NCBI GenBank assembly: GCA_945228905.1
Contig: CALYOH010000002.1
Coordinates: 3,706-67,705, forward strand
Source: an uncultured Bacillales bacterium
GTDB taxonomy: Bacteria; Bacillota_I; Bacilli_A; RF39; UBA660
Direction: 5' to 3'
Length of the DNA: 64,000 nt
This document shows positions 8,302 through 16,136 of this stretch, in pieces (the first letter of the stretch is position 1; the number at the start of each line of letters is the position of its first letter). Both the position numbers and the translations under genes were made by a program. The notes beneath the pieces are model-generated. The model was given only the letters and a program-made list of their open reading frames with translations, searched no databases and was not told where the DNA came from.

Positions 8302-9444
8302 CTATACATTAGTATCATTAGAATATTTATTAAACATTTCATCTAATATAGATTTATTACTATTTTGTTTTTGTTTTTCTCTTTCAATTATTGCTCTAAA
8401 AGGATTTCTAGAAGTATTACTATCAGTAGTTGTACTATCTGTCGTTGTTGTTGTATTTGTTTTACTATCACCTGTACTATTATTAGTATTAGTATTAGTT
8501 GTAGTATCAGTAGTAGTATTTGTATTATTTTCACTTTTAGCGTTTGGTATTTCAGTCTTAGTAGTATCTTCTAATTTAACTTTACAATTATTAGTAATTT
8601 TCTTTATATCCTTTGTCAAATCAATAGTTATATTATTCTTATTAGCAGCTTTCCATTTTTCAGAATCTATAAAGAAGTTTACAGCATTTTTAGAAGCTTC
8701 TTCATCAGTAACTTGACCAATAACACAGTCAACACTTGTTCCATCTTCTCTAGTAAATGTAATAGCATCCCCAACTTTACCAAATGATTTATCACAAGAG
8801 ATAACATATCTATTACCTAACATTGCATAGCCATCTGTGTTATATTTAAATTTTTCATGTTCAAATAATTCTTTTTCTTCATCAGTTAATTTTTCTTTAT
8901 CTACTTCTTTACAAGTTATCTTCTTAACTTCTGTCTTAATTTCAACAGAATCTTTTCCTTCAAGAATTTGTCTTAATTGTTCTAACTCATCATGAGTTAA
9001 CTCAGATAGAGCAGTTGTTCCTACAGTAGTAGTTGCTCCAGTACCTCCACCACCAGAGTAGCCGCCACCGCCGCCACCTCCTGAGTAGTAGCCACCTCCG
9101 CCACCAGAAGTTCCTCCACCACCGGAAGTTCCTCCACTAGTACTTGTTCTTTTCTGAACTTCATTTTGTTTTTCTTCATTTTTACCATATATTAACTGAT
9201 TTTGAAGAGAAGTATGTGAACTTACTACTGTAGATACAATCTTAGAAGCATTTTGTATTTTTATAGAACATGCTTCAATATTATTAGCAATTGCAGACTT
9301 TGCAGATGCAAAATCAAAACCATCTTCGCAATTTGTATCATATCCACTAACAGAACTTTCAATATTTGAAATTTCTTTAGCAACTGAATCTAATGTAGAT
9401 CCAGTTGATGTTACAGAATCACAATCTAGCATAAATAATGCCAT
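8302..9444 (-). CDS. WXG100-like N-domain / Gly-Tyr linker / unassigned beta-rich module / Thr-Asn-rich tail protein (paralog of 9456-10718 lacking the peptidase domain)
   Basis: The N-terminal about 90 aa are homologous to the 9456 protein (MALFMLDCDSVTS...GFDFASAKS). Linker GGTSGGGGTSGGGGGYYSGGGGGGGYSGGGG. Module KFKYNTDGYAMLGNRYVISCDKSFGKVGDAITFTREDGTSVDCVIGQVTD. C-terminus NTNTTTDTTTNTNTNNSTGDSKTNTTTTTDSTTTD. No signal peptide. Confidence 0.7.
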   Translation of the reverse strand: MALFMLDCDSVTSTGSTLDSVAKEISNIESSVSGYDTNCEDGFDFASAKSAIANNIEACSIKIQNASKIVSTVVSSHTSLQNQLIYGKNEEKQNEVQKRTSTSGGTSGGGGTSGGGGGYYSGGGGGGGYSGGGGTGATTTVGTTALSELTHDELEQLRQILEGKDSVEIKTEVKKITCKEVDKEKLTDEEKELFEHEKFKYNTDGYAMLGNRYVISCDKSFGKVGDAITFTREDGTSVDCVIGQVTDEEASKNAVNFFIDSEKWKAANKNNITIDLTKDIKKITNNCKVKLEDTTKTEIPNAKSENNTNTTTDTTTNTNTNNSTGDSKTNTTTTTDSTTTDSNTSRNPFRAIIEREKQKQNSNKSILDEMFNKYSNDTNV

Positions 9445-9455
9445 ATTCATTCCTC

Positions 9456-10718
9456 CTATACACTTACTGTTTTATCATTACCTTTATATCTTAAAACCCA
9501 TGTCCAATTATTTCCTGTATTTGAAACACTAATTTCATTACCAGATGAATCTCCATTAGAACCATCATAATTAGAATGAGCTCCAACGTTCTTACCATCA
9601 CCTACATACATTTCAGTATGACCATTTCTTAATAATACGTCTCCTGGTTGTAATTGAACTTTTCCAAAGTCATAACATTCAAATCCAACTTTAGTAAATG
9701 CTGCTCTCATATTACCTGTATAAGATGCTCCAGCAGCTTTAACAGGTACACCTGCAGCTTCATATGCACTTATTACCAGTGAAGAACAGTCATAATTTGG
9801 ATTGCCCCATCTTGTTTGTTGTGAATATCCATGACTATTATCATTAGCAATATTTATTGCCCAATCCATAGCAGATTGAACAGACTTATTAGAAGATCTT
9901 AATTTACCAATATTAACAATCTTTGAAATTCCTCCTGCTAAACCTAAAGTTATATTATTAGCATTATCTTTCTTCCATGTTTTTTCATCTCCAAAGAATG
10001 AAACCTTATTCTTGTCTTTAGCATCTTTAGTAATTTGACCTATAATACAATCAACTTTAGTTCCATCTTCTCTAACAAAAGTTATTCTATCTCCAACTTC
10101 TCCAAATGATTCATCACATGAAATAATATATCTATTATCAAGCATTGCATATCCATCTGAATTATATTTAAATTTTTCATCATCAAACAATTCTTGAGCT
10201 TCTTTAGTTAGCTTAGTCTTATCATATGGTATACACTCTACTTCTTTAACTTCTGTTTTTATTTCTTTAACAGTATCTATTAGTCTTAATTGAGTTGCTC
10301 CTGCTGTAGTAGTAGCTGCTGCAGTGACATAGCCACCGCCTCCGCCGCCACCAGAGTAGCCGCCGCCACCACCTGAGTAGTCGCCCCCTCCACCACCGGA
10401 AGTTCCACCTCCAGTACTTGTACTTTCTTGAGCTTTCCTTTGCTCTTCTTCTTTTTTACCATATATTAATTTATTTTGAAGACTAATATGAGAAGTAACT
10501 ACAGAATTAACTAATTTAGATGAGTTTTGTACTTTTGTGGAACAAGCCTCTAAATTAGATGCAATTATAGATTTTGCAGATGCAAAATCAAAACCATCCT
10601 CGCAACTTGTATCATATCCACTTACAGAACTCTCTACATTAGATAATTCCTTTGCAATAGCATCTAAACTACTAGCACCTGAAGTCACACTATCACAATC
10701 AAGCAAAAATAAAGCCAT
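9456..10718 (-). CDS. WXG100-like N-domain fused to an unassigned beta-rich module and a C-terminal NlpC/P60-clan (Amidase_5/CHAP-like) peptidoglycan hydrolase
   Basis: N-terminus MALFLLDCDSVTS...GFDFASAKS. Gly/Tyr linker. C-terminus SHGYSQQTRWGNPNYDCSSLV (catalytic Cys context)...GDVLLRNGHTEMYVG (His)...GAH. No signal peptide. SD AGGAGG upstream. Confidence 0.8.
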   Translation of the reverse strand: MALFLLDCDSVTSGASSLDAIAKELSNVESSVSGYDTSCEDGFDFASAKSIIASNLEACSTKVQNSSKLVNSVVTSHISLQNKLIYGKKEEEQRKAQESTSTGGGTSGGGGGDYSGGGGGYSGGGGGGGYVTAAATTTAGATQLRLIDTVKEIKTEVKEVECIPYDKTKLTKEAQELFDDEKFKYNSDGYAMLDNRYIISCDESFGEVGDRITFVREDGTKVDCIIGQITKDAKDKNKVSFFGDEKTWKKDNANNITLGLAGGISKIVNIGKLRSSNKSVQSAMDWAINIANDNSHGYSQQTRWGNPNYDCSSLVISAYEAAGVPVKAAGASYTGNMRAAFTKVGFECYDFGKVQLQPGDVLLRNGHTEMYVGDGKNVGAHSNYDGSNGDSSGNEISVSNTGNNWTWVLRYKGNDKTVSV

Positions 10719-10730
10719 ATTAATTACCTC

Positions 10731-11552
10731 CTACTTTGGATCCCATTGATCTAATCCATATTGTTCAACTAATTTTATAAGATTTTCTGTATAAGACAAA
10801 CTAGTTGCATAACCAGCTTCCCTAACCGCTTTACATGCTTCCTTATAGTCTTGAGCCTCAATTACAGCCCTATATCTATCATTTGTCAATAATACAGCGT
10901 GATCTTCAATAGAATCAGATAATGAATCATAATCTCTAAATTTTGCAGTTATTTGGACATAACTTCCATCAGCATTTTGTTCTGATGTTCTACATTCTTG
11001 TGTTTTTCCTGTCCAACTATCTCCAGCTTTAATACCAAACACATTATTTCCAATTGAATGTTTTCCCCATCCACTTTCTAGTATAGCTTGAGCTAAAGTT
11101 AATGAAGGTAAAACACCATATTTATTATAAGCTTCAACTGCACCTTCTGCTATCGAATTAATGAAGTCTAATTGATAACCAGATAAGTTTGTAGGATTTA
11201 AATAATCAGAAACAGCACCTGCTCTAATAACTTTACCATTTGTACCTTTTAATTCAAGAATAACATTTGAAGCACTTTTATCCCCTGCTTTATAAGCATT
11301 AGATACATCTATTAGATATTGATTAATAGTTGTAAAATTATCAGTCATTATAGCCATAGACTCATTCATAGCATTAAGTGCTTCTACACAACTATCTGCA
11401 CAAGGTCCCATAAATAATGTATCATTATCAATAATAGTTTTAACATCATTATACGAAACTTGAGCAGTATCAATACTTGCTTTTAATTTATTAGTTGTAG
11501 TAATAGCATCACTAAATATACCATAATCACTTACTGAATATTTTTCATTCAT
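10731..11552 (-). CDS. WXG/LXG-like helical N-domain fused to a GH73 N-acetylglucosaminidase
   Basis: The N-terminal about 100 aa (MNEKYSVSDYGIFSDAI...LFMGPCADSCVEAL...) form a helical hairpin with F-M-G at the turn. C-terminus LAQAILESGWGKHSIGNNVFGIK...GYATSLSYTENL carries the canonical GH73 motifs. No signal peptide. Confidence 0.8.
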   Translation of the reverse strand: MNEKYSVSDYGIFSDAITTTNKLKASIDTAQVSYNDVKTIIDNDTLFMGPCADSCVEALNAMNESMAIMTDNFTTINQYLIDVSNAYKAGDKSASNVILELKGTNGKVIRAGAVSDYLNPTNLSGYQLDFINSIAEGAVEAYNKYGVLPSLTLAQAILESGWGKHSIGNNVFGIKAGDSWTGKTQECRTSEQNADGSYVQITAKFRDYDSLSDSIEDHAVLLTNDRYRAVIEAQDYKEACKAVREAGYATSLSYTENLIKLVEQYGLDQWDPK

Positions 11553-11565
11553 CTAATCACACCTT

Positions 11566-12387
11566 TTAGGTATTGTATTTATTATAAATGTTACTTGCAT
11601 AACCCTCTCTTGTACTTGTATTAGCATCTGCAGATTTCTCATAAACATTATGGAATTTAGCAGCAGCTTGTGAAGCAGATGTAGCATTTTTCATATCACT
11701 AGATAAATCTGCTCCCATCTCTTGAATCATAAAATCAAGTTGCCCACCTAAACTATCTATATTTTCAGGACCTAAATAATCATATAAAGCAGCTTTTCTT
11801 GTATGATATGTCCATTGAGCAATACCAAATCCACGAGAATCATTTGCGAAATCTTCTCTAGAAATAGTACCATTCTTTATACCAGCAACATAATCAGCAT
11901 CTTCATAACCCATTCCATTTTGAACATTATCTGCTCTAAAATTAGATTCTTGTTGAAGATTACCCATTATACCAGCAGCTCCTTGTGGAGAAAAACCTTT
12001 ACTAACTAAGTAATTATAAATTTGTTCCTCATTACTGTTACCAGTTAAATTTCCACCTTCACCAACACGTAATTGAGTTCCATTAATTGATAACACTTTA
12101 TTAGCTGCAGCAGTATCACCACTTTTATATGCAGTAGCAACTTCAGCTAAATAATTACTTATAGTAGTGAAATTATCATTAATTGTACTCATTCCACTAT
12201 CTAATGAACTAACTGCTTCTACACAACTATCTGCACAAGGTCCCATAAACACTGCATCATTATCAATAATGCCTTTTACATCATTTACTGTAGTCTTTGC
12301 AGAATCAACACTGACCTTTAATTTATTAGTTGTTGATATAGCATCACTAAAAATACCATAATCACTTATTGAATAATTCTCATTCAT
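11566..12387 (-). CDS. WXG/LXG-like helical N-domain fused to a phage-tail-lysozyme-like (GNxxxES family) peptidoglycan hydrolase
   Basis: The N-terminus is paralogous to the 10731 protein (MNENYSISDYGIFSDAIS...VFMGPCADSCVEAV). C-terminus AAGIMGNLQQESNF...GFGIAQWTYHTRK...QLDFMIQEM matches the Phage_lysozyme2-type signature from memory. 1-nt TAATG overlap with the upstream gene. Confidence 0.7.
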   Translation of the reverse strand: MNENYSISDYGIFSDAISTTNKLKVSVDSAKTTVNDVKGIIDNDAVFMGPCADSCVEAVSSLDSGMSTINDNFTTISNYLAEVATAYKSGDTAAANKVLSINGTQLRVGEGGNLTGNSNEEQIYNYLVSKGFSPQGAAGIMGNLQQESNFRADNVQNGMGYEDADYVAGIKNGTISREDFANDSRGFGIAQWTYHTRKAALYDYLGPENIDSLGGQLDFMIQEMGADLSSDMKNATSASQAAAKFHNVYEKSADANTSTREGYASNIYNKYNT

Positions 12388-13256
12388 TATTTATCACCAT
12401 TATATCTAAGAACCCAAGTCCAACTATTACCTGTATTAGAAACTCCAACTTCTGAACCAGAAGAGTCTCCATCAACACCATCTTTATTTCCATGAGCTCC
12501 AACGTTTTTACCATCACCAATATACATTTCAGTGTGACCATCTCTAAGTAAAACATCTCCAGGTTGTAAATCTACACTACCAAAGTCATAACAATCAAAA
12601 CCTGTTTGAGTAAATGCACTTCTCATATTACCTGTATATGTAGCTCCATTTGTTTTTACCGGAATACCAGCTGCTTCATAAGCACTAATAACAAATGAAG
12701 AGCAGTCATAATTTGGATTACCCCATCTTGTTTGTTGTGAATATCCATGTGAATCATCTGCTGCTGTAGCCATGGCCCAATCAATAGCACCTTGTACACC
12801 CGCACTTGATCCCGCAGATTGAGTAACCTTTCCACTTGCATTAACACTTGGATTCATAGAAGAAGCCTCTAATTTAACACTAGTAACAGAACTTAAAGCC
12901 TGCTCTATTTGTCCTTTTAAATTACTAAGTTCTGATTCATACGTACTAATTTTAGATGAAAACTCACTAGTACTTTCTCCTGTAGCAGATGCAGTATTAT
13001 AATTAGATCTTGCTATATTTAAATTATCTTTTGTAGTTTTATATCGTTCATATAAGTCACATGCATTTGCAAATGAACTCATTTGCCCTTTTATTGCCCC
13101 AGAAAATTCAGAAGAAAAACTTGTAGCTTTAGATTCAAAGTTATCATGAGAATTTCCCTTCCAAGAGCTTGAAGTTTCACTAACTGCACTATCAAATTTT
13201 GATAAAGCTGAAGCAATAGAACTAGCATCAGAATTAACTGTACCACTACTAACCAT
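12387..13256 (-). CDS. WXG100/LXG-like N-domain (about 140 aa) fused to an NlpC/P60-clan (Amidase_5/CHAP-like) peptidoglycan hydrolase
   Basis: N-terminus SSWKGNSHDNFESKA (W-x-G) followed by a long helix. The C-terminal domain is highly similar to that of 9456-10718 (SHGYSQQTRWGNPNYDCSSFV...GHTEMYIG...GAH). Start set at ATG 13256 (AGGAGG-N7-ATG). No signal peptide. Confidence 0.8.
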   Translation of the reverse strand: MVSSGTVNSDASSIASALSKFDSAVSETSSSWKGNSHDNFESKATSFSSEFSGAIKGQMSSFANACDLYERYKTTKDNLNIARSNYNTASATGESTSEFSSKISTYESELSNLKGQIEQALSSVTSVKLEASSMNPSVNASGKVTQSAGSSAGVQGAIDWAMATAADDSHGYSQQTRWGNPNYDCSSFVISAYEAAGIPVKTNGATYTGNMRSAFTQTGFDCYDFGSVDLQPGDVLLRDGHTEMYIGDGKNVGAHGNKDGVDGDSSGSEVGVSNTGNSWTWVLRYNGDK

Positions 13257-13309
13257 ACACATGCCTCCTATTTTCATATACTATATAATCATTTTACCAT
13301 TTATATAAG

Positions 13310-13318
13310 ATTATAACA
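13310..13318 (-). promoter_or_regulatory. Candidate extended -10 promoter of the hydrolase/WXG operon
   Basis: The minus strand reads TGTTATAAT (TGn-TATAAT) about 50 nt upstream of the first gene. The -35 is weak. Confidence 0.35.
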
Positions 13319-13367
13319 AATTATTTTATTATATTTTTTTAATTTGACATAAAAAAGAAATAGTAAA

Positions 13368-15020
13368 CTATTTCTTCATAATTATTCTTTTAATACTATT
13401 AATTATATTTTTACCAAATACTTCATTAGTTATTCCACTAAAATGAATATAAATAAAGTATACTATTGCTCCTACTAATCCATAGAAAGCTATTATTCCT
13501 AAATTAACAATTCTAGTAGATGAACAAGTAGGAATAAATAATCCAATAACTGTAAGTACTAAAATCATTAATATAGATCCACATAATATTTCTATAATGA
13601 ATTTAACTATATTTTCAAATAATACTTTATATTTAATCTTTAATATTAAAATACAACAAATAAATGATATTAAATATCCAATTATACTAGCAGTAATAAC
13701 TCCATAATATGGAGGTAAATTAATAAGCATAAACACTCTTAATAAACTAATATTTAATAATAATTTAATTAGTACACCAATGACTAAACTAATAAATACA
13801 GCTTTATAATCTTTTAGTGTTTGTAATACAGTAACAACAGTAGTAAATAAACCAGTAAATAAACCAACAAATATATAATAACTTAATACACTTGCTCCAT
13901 ATAAACTTTCTCCATAAAATAAAGTCCAAATAGCATCAGATAAGAAACTAATTCCAAAAGAAATAGGAACAGTTAAATATAATAATATACTTAAAGCCTG
14001 AACTATTTTTCTATGTATTTGTTTTTCTTCTTTTTTAACAATACTCTCAGTTAAATTAGGTATTAAACTAACAACAACACCAGTTGATATAGAAAGAACT
14101 ATCATATTAAATTTAGCTCCCCATGTTGATAAAATACTATATACATTTTCAGCATCACTTGCACTATATTTAGCATAATCAACTAATCCTCTAACTACAG
14201 TAAACATATCAATATAATTATATAGTGACTTAAATATATCAATCATTATAAATGGAAAAGCATAAATAACTATCTTTTTTATAATTGCTTTATCACTTAT
14301 ATATGGTTCATTAACATCTCTTGCTTTAGTATCAAATTTAGATTTATTCTTAAATAATTTATCAACAAGATAAATATAAGATACTAATGCTCCTAAAGTT
14401 GCTCCAAAAAGAGCTACTCCTACAGAAGTACTTAAATCTAAATGTAAATATTTAATACTTACTAAACTACCAAATATAATAATTAAAACTCTCACTAATT
14501 GTTCTAATACTTGGGATATTGATGGAGCAGACATAAATCTATGTCCCTCAAAATATCCTCTATAAATACTAAGTACTGGTACTACTAATATTGCTGTTCC
14601 TATTACTCTAATAACTAAAGTAATATCTTCTATACTATTACCACCTACTACGTCACCCATAACAGCTTTAGCAAGTAATGGAGCAAATATAGTAATGATT
14701 ATAAATGAAATAATACCAAGTACTAACGCAATTCTTTTTCCTAAAACAAACGCTCTTTTTTTAATATTATAATATCCCAAAGTTTGATATTCAGATACTA
14801 TTTTACTAATTGCTAGAGGTATACCTGCAGAAGATAAAGACATAAAAAGCAAATAGATAGTATAAGCATATCCATATAAAGCACCGCCAGCATCACCAAT
14901 AATAGCATGAAATGGAATAACATATAATATACCCAATATCTTGGCAATAACTATACCAATAGTTGTAATAAGAGCTCCATTAACAAATGAAGTTTTTCTC
15001 ATAGTAATATCTTTCTTCAT
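13368..15020 (-). CDS. MOP-superfamily polysaccharide/lipid II flippase (MurJ/SpoVB/YtgP-like)
   Basis: 550 aa with about 14 predicted TM segments. N-terminus SFVNGALITTIGIVIAKILGILYVIPF is typical of this family. Confidence 0.7.
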   Translation of the reverse strand: MKKDITMRKTSFVNGALITTIGIVIAKILGILYVIPFHAIIGDAGGALYGYAYTIYLLFMSLSSAGIPLAISKIVSEYQTLGYYNIKKRAFVLGKRIALVLGIISFIIITIFAPLLAKAVMGDVVGGNSIEDITLVIRVIGTAILVVPVLSIYRGYFEGHRFMSAPSISQVLEQLVRVLIIIFGSLVSIKYLHLDLSTSVGVALFGATLGALVSYIYLVDKLFKNKSKFDTKARDVNEPYISDKAIIKKIVIYAFPFIMIDIFKSLYNYIDMFTVVRGLVDYAKYSASDAENVYSILSTWGAKFNMIVLSISTGVVVSLIPNLTESIVKKEEKQIHRKIVQALSILLYLTVPISFGISFLSDAIWTLFYGESLYGASVLSYYIFVGLFTGLFTTVVTVLQTLKDYKAVFISLVIGVLIKLLLNISLLRVFMLINLPPYYGVITASIIGYLISFICCILILKIKYKVLFENIVKFIIEILCGSILMILVLTVIGLFIPTCSSTRIVNLGIIAFYGLVGAIVYFIYIHFSGITNEVFGKNIINSIKRIIMKK

Positions 15021-15078
15021 ATATCCTCCATACTACTATAGTATAACAAAAAAAGTGGATATTAACATCCACTTTGTA

Positions 15079-16056
15079 TTATTTTTGTGAAGGAATTGAT
15101 TGTGGTACAATAGCATCTACATGTTTTAAATATGGTTCAAAATCAAGTTCATATATAGAATCACATATTTTAAAATAATAGAATACAGTCAAACTACTAT
15201 AATCTTTATCACATACAGCTTTTTCTAAAGCATCATGATAAGCTTTTCTTTCTTTTTTTACTATATAAACTGGTGGTAAATTTCTTTCTTTAAACATTAG
15301 ATTTAATAATGTTCTAAAAGTTCTCTTATTACCATCTCCAAATGGTTGTAATGCAATTAAATCAGCAACAGTTCTAACACAATAATCTATATAATGGAAA
15401 ATGTTGGGATCTGCTTTTGCTTCTTCATATTCTCTTACTTTATCAGGTTGTAAATAACCATTAAATATTCTACAAGCTTCAGCAGCAGATGGAACTTCTA
15501 TATTAAAGTCCCTCATTATAACCGGACCTTTTCTTAAAGAACCACCAAAACTCACACCTTCAGTTACCCTAGCCATTTCTCTTGCTTCTCTAAGTTTCTT
15601 TAAATTTCTTTCTTTTTTTGCTTCTTCATATAATCTTTCTGCTTCTGATCTTTGATCTTCAACTTCTTTTCTCTTCTTTTCATCAAGTGGTTTATATAAT
15701 AACGAATGTATATGTAATGAATTAACAAATATGTTGAAATAATCCTTATCAATATCAAAGCTAGTAATATAGTCATATGCTAGAGCTACTCCTTTTCTTT
15801 CCTCAGGAGTATCATTCTTTTCAACTAATGCTTCATTAGCAATATACTTACGTTTAAAGTTTAAAATCATATCAACATAATTAGGTCTAATCTTTCTATA
15901 ATATTGGTCAATTAATGTTTTACAAATAGATACATCATGCTCATTCTTATAAACATTTTTATGAGATTTAGAAATATTATATAGTTCAAAAGCAGTTAAT
16001 AATAAGTCTATTGTATCTTGATCAATTTCAGCATTATAAATATTATTTTCATTCAT
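15079..16056 (-). CDS. Fic/Doc-family protein with degenerate active-site motif
   Basis: The C-terminal region reads ALQPFGDGNKRTFRTLLN, which corresponds to Hx[FY]x[DN][GA]N[GK]R but has Gln in place of the catalytic His. Start set at the internal ATG after GAGGGGGG. Confidence 0.6.
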   Translation of the reverse strand: MNENNIYNAEIDQDTIDLLLTAFELYNISKSHKNVYKNEHDVSICKTLIDQYYRKIRPNYVDMILNFKRKYIANEALVEKNDTPEERKGVALAYDYITSFDIDKDYFNIFVNSLHIHSLLYKPLDEKKRKEVEDQRSEAERLYEEAKKERNLKKLREAREMARVTEGVSFGGSLRKGPVIMRDFNIEVPSAAEACRIFNGYLQPDKVREYEEAKADPNIFHYIDYCVRTVADLIALQPFGDGNKRTFRTLLNLMFKERNLPPVYIVKKERKAYHDALEKAVCDKDYSSLTVFYYFKICDSIYELDFEPYLKHVDAIVPQSIPSQK

Positions 16057-16136
16057 ACTATAACCCCCCTCATAGTTGTTGTACATTATACCATAAAATA
16101 ACCAAAAAGTCAAAAAATAAAGAGTATTTATACTCC

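Noticed and set aside
8261-8716. A 151-aa very hydrophobic plus-strand ORF (and 8365-8574) that could be taken for a membrane immunity protein inside the hydrolase operon.
   Set aside because: It is the antisense shadow of the Thr/Asn-rich (ACN/AAY) tail of the 8302-9444 gene, which automatically yields Val/Ser/Leu runs. It has no SD and is fully embedded in a better-supported gene.
9040-10400. GC-rich repetitive tracts (CCACCGCCGCCACC...) that stand out from the AT-rich background and might be REP or CRISPR-like repeats.
   Set aside because: They are in frame within two paralogous genes and encode Gly/Tyr linkers. There is no regular repeat-spacer architecture.
7309-13256. A prophage lysis/tail-lysin cassette, suggested by the Amidase_5-like, GH73 and phage-tail-lysozyme-like domains.
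   Set aside because: No holin, capsid, tail, terminase or integrase genes are nearby. Every hydrolase carries a WXG-like N-domain, and the operon ends with three WXG100 genes, which fits T7SS rather than phage.
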